DNA of 64,000 nt from Octopus sinensis (GCF_006345805.1 NC_042998.1:38316001-38380000), one strand, 5' to 3'. Shown: positions 30,372 to 43,484, numbered from the stretch's first letter. Translations and numbers: made by a program. The notes: generated by a model not told the origin, from the sequence alone.

Positions 30372-30587
30372 AGTAAAGATTATTTGCCAACATAATGTGG
30401 CAGTCCTGGTTAGGACGAATGTTACTGTTATTTAGGCCTAGGAAACGTCGTCTCCAGTTAGCTATACGACCCACTATCAGATAGTGTGTCGTAAAGCCAG
30501 GGGAGCCGATGTTTCCTGGGGTTAAATAACAGTAACATTCGTCCTAACCAGGACTGCCACATTACGTTTGGCAAATAATCTTTACTC
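30372..30587. repeat. ~215-bp near-perfect palindrome (fold-back MITE-like)
   Basis: agtaaagattatttgccaa...cactatcagatagtg...ttggcaaataatctttact; a related half-copy near 63350-63450. Confidence 0.8.
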
Positions 30588-31084
30588 TAGAGTACTGTTA
30601 CTGAATGTCTCTCGTTGAGAGATTTACAGATAACAATTTTTCTATTTGATAGATTGTCTGTGTTCTAAATTTAAAAAGAGATACGATCACTTTAAAGTAT
30701 CACGTTTATATTCACTGATAATCTCTGATAATGCTACGACTGTATTTGTTGAAACTCTGCCCAGCAGATGTCTCTGTGTCTGTCAGTAAACGTATCCTAG
30801 TACGCATATGTGCACGCGCGAGTGTCATTTGCGGCCGTGCTGGGGCACCACTTTCAATAATTTTGTAATTCATTCATCCTGGTACTTTTTCATTGCATCT
30901 GTTTGACCAGCTGCTAGGTTCCGAGATATTGATATCTACAACATGAATGAGACCGCTTTTAGTCAGGTGGAAAGAAAAACAAGCAGACACATGTAGACTT
31001 CTAACTACATATGCATGAGCACGTGTGTGCCATGAAAAAAACGTGACAAGATGATAATATTTTTCTCGTCTTCCAGACTGAACT

Positions 31085-31121
<37 letters not shown>

Positions 31122-31165
31122 CTCTCTCTCTCTTTCTTTCTCTCTCTCACTCTCTCTCTCTCTCA

Positions 31166-31265
<100 letters not shown>

Positions 31266-31362
31266 ATATGCAGATATTAACTTCGAACATACATTACATT
31301 CACACACATGCAGACATAGACACACGTATAAATGTGAGCATGTATACTTCTCTATGTCTATG

Positions 31363-31448
<86 letters not shown>

Positions 31449-31656
31449 GAAATCTGTTTGTGGCATTTTAACATCTAGCACTGGGCAGATATGCTGTTTT
31501 AACACCTTTTACCATAAAGAAATTTTTTTTCTTCTTCTTCGCAGTAACTGCAGTAAATTTACCTTTAGAAGTTTAAGTAAGATGCGAACATTTTTTAACT
31601 AAAGTTCGTTTATTCCTAATCACTGCTTGGCGCTGACACTGACATACATACATACA

Positions 31657-31689
<33 letters not shown>

Positions 31690-33018
31690 GTGTGTATCTG
31701 TGTATCTGTATGCATGTATGCGTGCGTGCATGTATGAATGTATGTATGTATGCATCTATCTATCTATCTATGTACGTATGTATGTATGTACGTATTGAGT
31801 ACTACTTTACTTTTAAACATGTTGTATTCAAAACATTGAGAGCATGCCTATGCTCAAAATAATTTATTTTTTCTTAAAGTTTTATCGTGTCTACCATTAG
31901 AAGCTTATAGTTCAAATGCCAGAATTTATACCAAATGTATGCATCAAACAGTCTGATTACGGAATGCTACAGACTGATTCGATATGTTTTCACTGATTTG
32001 TCTACAGCAAGAAATTTTTTCTCCACAGCAAAATACAGCGAATGGCTTCTTTTACAGGTTCGAATGTGCGTCAAGCATATTTGAACTGGTAACAAATTTG
32101 TATTTAGACACATCACTGCTTAGCCCTGCTGTCACCTGTATTTTATTTACGGCCAACTGCTGAAGAGTGTAACCGTTTATTGGACGGTGATGGGAATATC
32201 ATAAGAGGGACCTGTCTCTCGTGTCAGCTCGTAGCGTCTGCCTTTCCAGTCTCTGCTGCTGAAGAGGAAATAACCACTTCGAAATGTATGCATTGCACAG
32301 CCTGGAAAGGGAGCACCGCGAGCTGAATCCGTGTAAATACAACTGTTTACAGCAAGAAATTTCTTCCATACAATGAATGGATTTCTTACGGTTTCGAAGA
32401 TGCCACTCGCAAATTTTAAACTGATAACAAGTTTGCATTCATTACAAAGTGTGCGGAAGATAAATTAAAAGTTAAAATAATCTAAATATAATCAAAAAGA
32501 TAACAAGTTAAATTTAAATGTTCAAAAATGCTTTAATTGCTTCCCAAGCACACGGTTCTGGGTTCAATCCCACAGCACGGGACCTTGGGCAAGTGACATT
32601 TACTATAACCTTGGCAGACCAAAGCCTTATGAGTGGATTTGGTAAACGGAAAAGGAAAGAAGCTCGTTGTGTGCATATATACGTATGTATCTATGTGTGT
32701 GTGTCTTTTTGTATCACCGCTTGAGAACCGACTGAAACAATTAAAAGAATAATTTTGAAAACATAAAAAAAAAACTACGTAGATGTTACTGGAAGGAGTG
32801 GGGGTTGGGGTTATAGAGAGACATAACGCTGTTCAAGGCGACGTCTGGTGGTGTTGGATCCATGGTACAAAGCCTAGCCACAGGTAGCGATGCGTGCGGC
32901 GGAACGGCTGGCAGAGCAAAAGTGACGGGCGACTGGGATATTTTTTGCAACGGGAAACCCCATAGATATTCAGCAAATGGGATGTATAAGTAAAAGGTGT
33001 ATATGTATATATATATAG

Positions 33019-33113
<95 letters not shown>

Positions 33114-33130
33114 TATGTGTGTATATATAT

Positions 33131-33212
<82 letters not shown>

Positions 33213-33217
33213 GTGTG

Positions 33218-33268
<51 letters not shown>

Positions 33269-33490
33269 ATGTATGTATGTATGTATGTATGTATGTATGT
33301 ATGTATGTATTGCAAATAAGAAAATGGAGAAGCACAATAGTTGGTTCATCAACTTCTGGACATTAAAATCTTAACTTATTTATTTATTAAAATGATAATT
33401 ATAATAACATACATACATATAGCATATTATTCTATGCATATGAAATAAGAATACAAGCAATTATTAAAAAACATGAATATAAATTATTAA

Positions 33491-33620
33491 AATCACTTAC
33501 AGTTGTTTCAGCCCATAGATAAACGCATCTCATTCTGCCTATATCAGTCAAGTGTATTGAGGTGATAGGCAGTTGAAAATGAGGTGCTTATATATATATC
33601 TGTAGGCCTCGTCAGAGATT
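33491..33620 (-). ncRNA. Type I hammerhead ribozyme with ~95-nt stem II
   Basis: Minus: aatct-CTGACGA-ggcc[gcacctcatt/aatgagatgc; ctgcctat/ataggcag]ggct-GAAA-caactg-TA-agtgatt. Confidence 0.6.
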
Positions 33621-33722
33621 ATCTATAACCATATATGTATGTATATATGTCGGCCTTGACACATTTCCTTTGTCCTTATGTTTACAAAGGGGAGACAAGC
33701 ATCCCCAACAGCTAGGCCTGCA

Positions 33723-33764
33723 TCCAGAGACATGTTTCTGAGTCTTGCTCGTCATCAGTCTGGA
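33723..33764 (-). ncRNA. Minimal type I hammerhead ribozyme
   Basis: Minus: tccaga-CTGATGA-c-gag caaga ctc-a-GAAA-catg-TC-tctgga; 6-bp stem I, palindromic ACATGT stem III, GUC site. Confidence 0.85.
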
Positions 33765-33882
33765 GCAGCAAGACCTGCAGCTGAAGATACCTGTCTAGAC
33801 TTGTAAACATATATATATATATTCAGTGAAGTATATTCACTGATCATCAAAATTAGAAATATTACATTTCTAAATATCTCAA

Positions 33883-33972
33883 AGAGATATAAGCAGTGGT
33901 GGAACGATAGAGCAGTTGTATACTGTCGACAGTATACAACTGCTCTATCGTTCAACCACTGCTTATATCTCT
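33883..33972. repeat. 90-bp palindrome with no spacer and one mismatch
   Basis: agagatataagcagtggtggaacgatagagcagttgtatactgtc|gacagtatacaactgctctatcgttcaaccactgcttatatctct. Confidence 0.95.
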
Positions 33973-34117
33973 GTGTGGCAGGTGATGCAGTAGAATTTGC
34001 CGAGAGTTCTAATCACCTGTAAGATAGCTGAGAACTTGTGCGTCGCTAAGGTCACAGGTAGCAACCTGCTACCCACATAAATCCTACCGACAATAAGACT
34101 GAAATGAACCAAACTAA

Positions 34118-34196
<79 letters not shown>

Positions 34197-34267
34197 TGGG
34201 CTTCGTATATTTTTTCCCAGTGTCACTTTGTTGGCATGCACTGCTCTCTCACTCAATAACAGTAATG

Positions 34268-34335
<68 letters not shown>

Positions 34336-34374
34336 AAGAAGAAGAAGAAGAAGAAGAAGAAGAAGAAGAAGAAG

Positions 34375-34841
34375 AAGACCAAAACAATAAAGTTTGCTTA
34401 TTGATCGACATGAGCATCCCTTGTGATCTCGGCGAAAGAGTTTGACAAGCTCAGAAAATATAAAGACCTGCTCATTGAAATTGAGAAAATGTGGCATCTC
34501 AAGGCGGTTACAATACCAGTGATCGTAGGAGCACTAGGAATGATCAAGAAGGGAACCGAAAATTATATGAGAATGATCCCTGGCTTACCATCCCGGCAAG
34601 AAGTGCAAAGGATTGTCTTAACTGGTACATCACACGTATAGAGAAGAGCATTGTCGATGTGAGAACTATTACTACCCATGTATTTTAATTTAACTTAAAA
34701 AAAAAAATTTTTAAGATTAACGAACTATTGAGTTTAGTTTAATGGCCTACTAATGTATACTATGAGTTTCTTTGCCCTAGGAGTCGGGAAGACACTCGGC
34801 AAGAAATGGAAGCAAATTTGAAAGAAGAAAAAAAAAAAAAA
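34375..34841 (+). mobile_element. Truncated copy of the same Dong-like family as 15333-16720
   Basis: Near-identical to ~16245-16720 (SAKEFDKLRKYKDLLIEIEKMWHL...), between (TAA)n(GAA)n and (TAA)n. Confidence 0.9.
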
Positions 34842-35531
34842 TAATAATAATAATAATAATAATCCTTTCTATTATAGGCACAAGGCCTGAAATTTTGGAG
34901 GCGGGGACTTATCGATTACATTCGACCCCAGTGTTTCACTAGTACTTAATTTATTGACCCCGAAAGGTTGAAAGTCAAAGTCGACCGCGGCAGAATTTGA
35001 ACTCAGAACGTAAGGACGGACAAAATGTCATTAAACATTTTGTCAAGCGTACTAACAATTCTGCCAACTCGCCACCTAAGTAAGTAAGCAAGTAAGTAAT
35101 ATAAAAAAAAAACTAATAATAATAATAGTTTCAAATATTGCCACAAGGGCAGCAGTTTGGGGTGGGGTGATAAGTCGATTACATCGACCCCAGTGTTCAA
35201 CTGGTACTTATTTAATCGACCCCGAAAAGATGAAAGGTAATGTTGACCTCGGAGAAATTTGAACCCAGAACGTAGTAACGGGCGAAACACAAAGAAGAAG
35301 AAGAAGAAGAAGAGAAGAAGAAGAAGAAGAAGAAGAAGAAGAAGAAGAAGAAGAAGAAGAAGAAGAAGAAGAAGAAGAAGAAGAAGAAGAAGAAGAAGAA
35401 GAAGAAGAATTTAGTATTTTGTCGACACTCGAAGATGAAAATTGAAGATGACATCGGAAGAGTTTCGTCAGTGTGTGTTTAATGCAGCAGTCAGAACTTT
35501 TTTAACCAATTGCCCCAAAACATATTATTTA

Positions 35532-36422
35532 CGTGGTTTGATAAATAAGTATCCGGACTGGTGGTAGAGTAACGAAGCTAAAGCATGCAGAGTGAAGCTG
35601 TTTGGCACAGATTGACTTTGAACTCCGCTGTGTATGTGCACTAAGTTTTAACATTCTAGTTTACTTCCGCTGTTTACAGCAATGCTTGGAAGGAACGTGT
35701 GTAGCGTGTGATCGTTGCATTGATCATGGCAGAACGTTGGGCAGAGAATCTGCATCAGATTTTGCCAAGATCTTAGCGATACCTGTTCAAATGCCTATGC
35801 CAAGTTTTCAAAACGTTTTCACCGTTCTCTACTCAGCCAAGAGGATCTTGTGCAACTGAAACCTGACTGTCTTTTTGGTCAGCTGAAAGCAATTTTGACA
35901 CATATTTGGCAGACATGTGTTATACCCAAATCTTCAGTGATAATGGACAGAACTGAACCGTAACTAATCTGCACATCCTCTCATAACTCACGGATGGTGA
36001 TTCGATGATTTCCCCTCACAGCTGCACACACATCTGTGATGTTTTCCTCAGTTCTGCTGGTTGCGGGTCTCCCAGAACGTTTGTCAACATCAACATTTTT
36101 TCGGCCATCTTGGAAACATCTGAACCACTCATACACTTGTGTGCAGCTCATACACTCCTTTCTATACACTTTCTAAAACTTTACATAGACCTCTGAGCAG
36201 GTATCTCCATGGCAACTTTCTCTATTATAGTCCATGCGCCGATCACACGCTACACACGTTCCTTCCAAGCATTGCTGTAAACAGCGGAAGTAAACTAGAA
36301 CGTTAAAACTTAGTGCACTTGCACAGCAGAGTTCAAGTTCAATCTGTGCCAAACAGCTTTACACTGCGTGCTTTAGCTTCGTTACTATGGAAACAGTCCA
36401 GATACTTATTGATCAGACCTCG
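35532..36422. mobile_element. Mariner-derived non-autonomous element with ~180-bp TIRs and TA TSD
   Basis: 35532-35714 is inverted versus 36240-36422; TA on both sides; internal minus-strand VYEWFRCFQDGRKNVDVDKRSGRP HTH fragment. Confidence 0.85.
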
Positions 36423-36563
36423 TATGCCAACGTTACCCTCTTATTTTCAGTGGAAGAAAATCATAGATTCTTTGAATTCAAAAGGTTTGTTGAATCTATT
36501 TCTATGGAGAATACAATTATAAATATAAAAAGTATAAAACAAATGCAATAAAATAAATTAATA

Positions 36564-37103
36564 GAAACGGCAGTCCGTGCGTATCACTTAGGTTGACGAG
36601 GAAAGGGTGACCTCCCTTTGCAAATACCATAAGGGCACAGAAAGTGTGCCTAAAGCCAGCTGGAGACGATGATCTCCTGGGGCTACAAGCTACAGTAACA
36701 CCCACCTTTAGTGGTTAGCCATATTGAGATGGCAAGTATACCTCACATTGTCGTGCAGTTACTGTTTATACCTCGTTCAGAGATTTATTACTGCTTGCAT
36801 ACAGTTTTTCGAGATCAGTGACGAAAAGTTACTGGAAAAACGAAATAAGGATTTGCATTCGAACACCTTTTCATCGAAAACCGGTGATTGCCGTACGCTG
36901 AAGACAGGCAAATACCTAGAAACTGCAGTCCTTGCGTATCACTTAGGTTGACGAGGGAAGGGTGACCTCCTTTTGCAAATACCATAAGGCACAGAAAGTG
37001 TGCCTAAAGCCAGCTGGAGACGATGATCTCCTGTGACTAAAAGCTACAGTAACACACCATCCTTAGTGGTTAGCCATATTGAGATGGCAAGTATACCTCA
37101 CAT
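36564..37103 (+). mobile_element. Retrozyme-like non-coding element: 1.5 copies of a 355-bp unit, with TSD
   Basis: 36562-36748 is repeated at 36917-37104; flanked by direct repeat taaattaata (36554-36563 / 37104-37113); contains a hammerhead. Confidence 0.75.
36893..36935 (+). ncRNA. Type I hammerhead ribozyme in a 355-bp tandem unit
   Basis: gtacg-CTGAAGA-c-agg caaata cct-a-GAAA-ctgcag-TC-cttgc; the upstream partial copy has cgtgc, which restores stem I. Confidence 0.8.
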
Positions 37104-37840
37104 TAAATTAATATCCTCATTATGAAACTTTTTTCACTTCAGGTTTTGGGGAAATGGTGTTTCATTTTTGTTACAATTACATCAAAATTGGAACATTTTG
37201 ATGCCAGAGCAATTTGTAAACAGTCTTCGAGGTCCAATTGATCCCACTTTTTTTTTTTTCCATTAGAGTGGGAAATCCTTATTCGCAAAGGTAGGTTGTT
37301 GCAAAAGGCAGCAACTTTTTGACTGCTTCCTCATAATAGCAGAAAATTTTCTGTTATAACAAAGAACACGTTTTTTTATATAATTTGACTTTTGTCTTAT
37401 GAGTCCTCATTACCCACAAGAATTGCATTTTTACCCCCACTTGGGGTAATTTACTCTTGTTTGCTGACCCTTGTTTTATTCTTCAGACGTTTGTTGGACA
37501 TAAAACTTTTAATGTTTAATAAGCATCTGAAGAATAATGCAAAAATGCCAGCACGAGAAATAGCCTAACTTTTACGAACACACGGAAAGTAACACTGCTT
37601 AATTATTATCAGGTTCTCAGGAGAAACACTTGATACAAGGATGGAAGAGTGTGAGAAGTTCCATTCAAAGATGAAAGACGGAGATGGAAAAGAGACAGAA
37701 AGAAAAACAATAAAAGACCCGAGAAAGAAATGCGGAAAGGATATGAATGAAATAAATGACGATGAATACTTTTGGTTACAAAAGCGAAGGGAAGTAATCG
37801 TCACCACGGTCTTGTCTCCCTTAGATAGAAATACAAGGAC

Positions 37841-37871
<31 letters not shown>

Positions 37872-38262
37872 TGTGTGTGTGTGTGTGCACTTTGGTGCAC
37901 CTACACCAACTCAACCTCATGCAAACACCGGGAACTCCCTTAATTCAGGAAGTCTTGTCACTTTGTTAGTGACTGGCTTGAACTCTCTCAAGAACTTAGA
38001 TAAAACTCAAAGAAGAAATCCTACATTCACACACACATACATACATACATACATACATACATACATACATACATACATACATACATACATACATACATAC
38101 ATACATACATACATACATACATGCGTGCATGCATGCATACATGCATACATACATACATACATTCATGCATACATACATACATACATAAATACATACACAT
38201 ACACACACACATACATACATACATACACACACATACATACATACATACATACATACATACAT

Positions 38263-38302
<40 letters not shown>

Positions 38303-39494
38303 GTTTGCCTTCATGTTCTCAAATGATAGCCGCCTCACATTTGGCTTGATTGTTCCGATATATTTTCCATTCCTGCAGGTCAGCGGATTTGTCTGTTCAC
38401 GCCACATATGCCTCGCTCTAGGACTTTATAAACTAAATAACGGATCAAGAAATGAAAAGATAGTCGTTCGATTTAAGCGACACAACCTTGTGAAGCACTT
38501 TTTCCATTCTCTCAATCAACATAATGAGCTCCAGTGACAAGCGAGGAAAGATCACTGGTTCTCTACTGGCTGCAACTTATATGTTGAAGTATCTTATTCC
38601 TAAAAGAGCAACTCTATGAATTAGGTTGGGTTTTTCTGGGGGGGGGGGGGGGTTCCAAATATAAATGGAGCATCCTCTACTCCTATGAAATCTAGATGGA
38701 CATCCGGAACGGTATTTACCAATAAACCCATTACAGTTTAACACACACTATGCATCTATGTATGTGTGTGTGTGTGTGTGTACACACACATAGATGCAGG
38801 CGAGGTTGTGTGGAAAGAAGCGATGCGTGACGCCTTGAGCAAGTGTCTTCTACGAAAGCCTCGGCTCGAGCCAGCCCTTGTGAGTGGATTTGGTTGACGA
38901 AAACTAAAAACAACCCGTCGTGTGTGTGTGTGTGTGTGTGTGTGTTTGACCCCACCACCACCACCACCACCGCTTGACAACCGGTGCTGATGTGTTTACG
39001 TCCCTGTAACCTAGCAGTTCAGCAAAAGTGCCTGATAGAATAAGTACCAGGCTAGTAAAAAAAAAAGAAAGAAATATTGGTGTCGATACATTCAATTTAA
39101 AAAATTTTTCGAAGCGGTGCCCCAGCATGGCCGCAGCCCCATGACTGAAACGTATAAAAGAAGAACTCTCGTAGGGAAAAGAATTTCGCGGACGGGATCC
39201 CTTTCCTGACCCAGCAGAAATGGAGGAAATTCTGTTGCAGCAAGCGGTTACTGATACAAGGGAAATAACTCTTCGTAACGAATGACGTCGTTATGCGTTG
39301 TTTTCAACTGTGAAATCGTCAAAACGGCGTATGCGTAAAGCGAACAATAGTTTCCCTTGGCGAAATGCCTGTAAGAATTGAAATAAGGGCGAGCAAGTCG
39401 TTACGTTTAATAAAATCAAGATGGTCTCCACCTATCATAAAAGTGTCCAGCATGTTCGTGTAAAAAGAATTATCTGGATAGAAAATCTACTTCA

Positions 39495-40230
39495 TCATTT
39501 AATAATAATAATGAAATTATTGTATTCAGTGCTCAGGTACACCACAACCAGTCAAAAGTGCGTATAAAGCATATGCAGTAATGTACAAATGTCTGGAAAG
39601 TGAACAGTGTATGAGTCAGATACATGCTTGCGTGTGTATGGAGGGGAGAAAATCAGGTGTAGTGTTGGCGAATCTCAAGAAACATGGAAGTCTTTAAGGA
39701 TGCAAGTGCTTTGACAACTAACAACTGATGACGGCAGTTTGTTCCATGCTTCAGCAACTCTTAGCGTGATAAAATGTTTCCTAAATTCATATGAGGGATG
39801 GGGGCGCAAAATATTTCGCCAATTTTGTTTTGAAGGAACTGGTGTTTGTCTGTTACAGACAAGGATGGCACTTTGTAGCAGAATGGATCGAACTGCGATT
39901 TGACCAAAAATCATTCAAAGTGAATTTGACGGATAGAAAGAAGCTCGTTGAACAGTGGCATGTTAACGGTTGTAGCAAAAATACAACCAATAGTCCGGAG
40001 ATAAAGGAGCGGGTGACTGGGAGAAGAGAGGTGAGAGGCTGGGTGTGGAATGGGTGACTGAAACCTGAATGAGACCAGTTACTCCTAGGAGCAAGGACTG
40101 TAATAGGGATCTAAAAGATACAGAAATGAGAAAGTACATGCGCTATGTCAGAGATGCGCTATGTCAGATAATGTTGGCGAGTGAGGTCATGCCGATTGAT
40201 CTCATGGTTTGGCGGAGATTGCGGTCAATG
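39495..40230 (-). mobile_element. CR1-like LINE 3' fragment
   Basis: RKHFITLRVAEAWNKLPSSVV motif, then a 3'UTR and (ATT)n tail. Confidence 0.7.
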
Positions 40231-40385
40231 TCTTTTTTTTCTTTTTTCTTTTTTAATTAGCATTTCAGTCAGTTTTTAGAAGACACGGAAGAAATCCACT
40301 GGTTTCTTTCCTCCAAATTTTGAAAAAAGTCCTCCATAGAAAAATATATTTACATACTTCAATCACATACCTTTTCCTTGTAATC

Positions 40386-40431
<46 letters not shown>

Positions 40432-41869
40432 CGCTGCTGCTACTGATTAAAAACCGAACTGCACATTCTATTTCGATTCTCCAATGTCCTAAACTTTGTA
40501 CTAACCCATTCAGGATTTCTATTTTGATTCTAGAATGTTAGTCTTTCTTTAATATACCCGGAAAGAACCGAGAAAAGCTAGCTGTGATACTATTTCACTA
40601 AATTTTACTAAAAAGACGTGATTAGTATAGATAGATGCACAAATACAATTCTTTTCAATCATAATTTAGTACATAAGCTTGTGGTGATGCTGCTGCCAGA
40701 TCCTGTTACAAGCTCACAAAAAGACGGACATAACTATAAGACAGCTCACAAATTTCCCAGCGTTTTACTTTCTTCTCAAATTTTTCTTTTCGCGGGTTTA
40801 ACAAGCTGAACGTGCAAACTATTTCTACATTCTATTCCTTTACGACATATTTTCTATCGATAACGAAATTTTCAGCAACCATTTCATCCACAACAATAGC
40901 GATGGTAAACTTCGGTCAACTGTTATGTTTAAATAAAATATCGTAATCATATTTCTTTACTACCCACAAGAGGATAAACACAGAGGGGACAAACAAGGAC
41001 AGACAAACGAATTAAGTCGATTACATCGACACCAGTGCGTAGCTGGTACTTAATTTATCGACCCCGGAACTTGAACTCAGAACGTAGCGGCAGACGAAAT
41101 ACCTATTTCTTTACTACCCACACGGGCTAAACATAGAGAGGACAAACAAGGACAGACAAATGGATTAAATCGATTATATCGACTCCAGTGCGAAACTGGT
41201 ACTTTATTTTTCGACCCCGAAAGGATGAATGGCAAAGTCGATCTCGTCGGAATTTGAACTTAGAACGTAACGACAGACGAAATACCACTAAGCATTTCGC
41301 CAAGCGCGCTAACGTGTCCGCCAGCTCGCCGCCGATATCACCAGCGTAATATATACTCATTATTATGAATATTTATTGTTAAAATGCGATTTATCGCTGT
41401 ACAAATTCGATTACGGTTATTGATTTCAAGGGAAGTAATTCATCTGATACTATTTTCTTAAGGGAGATAACTTAAAGGGACACAATCTCATTACACTATT
41501 TTGGTTACACGCCTTTTATTTTATTTTCATTTGGATTAAAACGTAATTGTTTCATATGAACAACCGTATTCAAGAAAAAGTGAACATTCATATATCCAGT
41601 TGTTTTTTGGGGGGTTTTTTGTGTTGATGCAAATTTTGTAGAATAAAATTCATTCACATCTAGTGTGATTTATAGCTATATTTAAAATATTTCAGTACTT
41701 AGTTTTATTTTATCGACTCCAGAAGACTAAAAGACACATTCGGCCGGGGCGAGATTTGAAATCAGACCATAAAGCACCAGAACCAAATACCGTGGCCATT
41801 CAACCCTCCACAAGATTTGAAAGTGAAAATAATTTGAGAAATGTAGCCAATTGTTTCTTTTCTTTTGTC

Positions 41870-42075
41870 TTTATTTCCGGTCGCCACACGTTCGGAAGTA
41901 GTTGGCATATTTCAAAGAAGCCTTTAACTGGGACAGGTCAAGAGGTTCATCTGTTTTGAACCTTCCATGTACAATAGAATAGTATTTTCTTTATTAACCG
42001 CAAAGGGTTCAGTGTACAATACGACAAGATCTAGATCAGCGTCGAAATAATTACACGAACAAAATACATTCATTG
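41870..42075 (+). promoter_or_regulatory. Candidate HLCS promoter / first non-coding exon
   Basis: CpG-retaining non-repeat DNA with ETS-like motifs (TTTCCGGT 41874, CGGAAGT 41893) and a possible donor TTG|gtaact at 42076. CpG appears depleted downstream. Inference only. Confidence 0.3.
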
Positions 42076-43068
42076 GTAACTATAAATTCTTTTACTATTT
42101 ACTTGCACACATTTTTTTTATTCCTCTGTTTGTAAAATGTTTCATTTTCCGTGGAAGTCAAATAACAAGGAAAATATAGTCCTGGACGAAGTACTTATAA
42201 AACTATTCCCCGTATTTTAGTTTACTGGAACATTTTACTAAAGGAGATTGTTTTCATTCAGCACCGGCCAACCCATTTATTCTTCGCCAAGATTCCGATG
42301 TAAATATCTTTTCTTGTTATTGAATTTTGCTGACGTGTTAAGAGGCTTTTTGTATTGCAAGGCCAAGAATGAATGAATGGAACACGTTCGAATGAGCGAC
42401 GAACCTGTTTACGCCAATCTTTGTATCCTTTATCTTTGTTTCAGTTATTTGACTGCGGCCATGCTACAGCACTGCTTTGAAGGGTTTTAGTCAAAAGAAT
42501 CGACCCCCATTGCTTATTTTCTTTTAAAGCCTTAATTATTCTCTCGGTCTCTTATGCCGAACCACTAAGTTACGGGGGCGTATTTACATTAATACCGGTT
42601 ATCAAGCAGCGGTGGTTTAGTGGTTAGGATGTTGGGCTGATGATTGTAAGGTTATGGTTTCGATTCTTGGACCGGGCGACACATTGTGCTCTTGAGCAAA
42701 ACACTTCATTTCACATTGCTCCAGTCCACGCAGCTGGTACGAACGAGTAATCATGCGACGGACTGGCATCCCGACCATTTGGGGAATAGATATGCCATGG
42801 AAACCGAGAAACCGGTCCTTATGAGTTGGTATGACTTAAAATAGTAAAAACAGCGGTGGAACACACACAGTGGGCTTTCAGTTTCCGTTTACCCAATCCG
42901 CTTGATGCATTGGTTGGCCCAAGGCAATTGTAGAAGACACTTGCCCAAGATACTACGCAGTGGGATTGAAACCCGGAACTATATGGTTGGAAAGCAAAAT
43001 TCTTACAACACACCCAAATCTGCACCAATGAAAACTTCTGTGAAACTCTTAGAATATAAACAAACACA

Positions 43069-43484
43069 GGATCTTTTCAGTTTGAACGACGGTTTTTAAC
43101 ATAATTTCTAGGTAACTAAAAAATTATAAACTTCGTATACTGGTAGAATGTATTTAGAAAACATCTTTTTCTCTTGGCTTTATTGAGAAAATTCTATAGT
43201 TTGTAAGATACTTGTTGTTGTTTTTCTTCAATTTCTGCAATTTCAACCAACCAATGACGTCTATTGAGGTGAAAAACATTCTGTGCCGTATGAATATGTC
43301 CCTCGTTTAAGAAACAGATTGGGTTTATTTACATTTTTGAAGAAAAAAAGATACCCTTCCCAACACCACTAACCCTAACCCTAAAACAGATAGAAAGGCA
43401 ATAGATCGATACTAGGGTCATAATTATGGGTGACAATTTCATATGACACCGCTAGAAAAACTGCCGTTCAAACCGAAAAGATCC
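43069..43484. mobile_element. MITE with ~28-bp TIRs and 8-bp TSD (Merlin/hAT/P-like TSD size)
   Basis: GGATCTTTTCAGTTTGAACGACGGTTTTT ... AAAAACTGCCGTTCAAACCGAAAAGATCC; caaacaca duplicated at 43061-43068 and 43485-43492. Confidence 0.85.

Noticed and set aside
40620-40910. Minus-strand peptides VVDEM, KPAK and KVKRWEICE..YV reminiscent of piggyBac transposase
   Set aside because: They lie in different frames with stops, and no TIR/TTAA was found; a tBLASTn would be needed.
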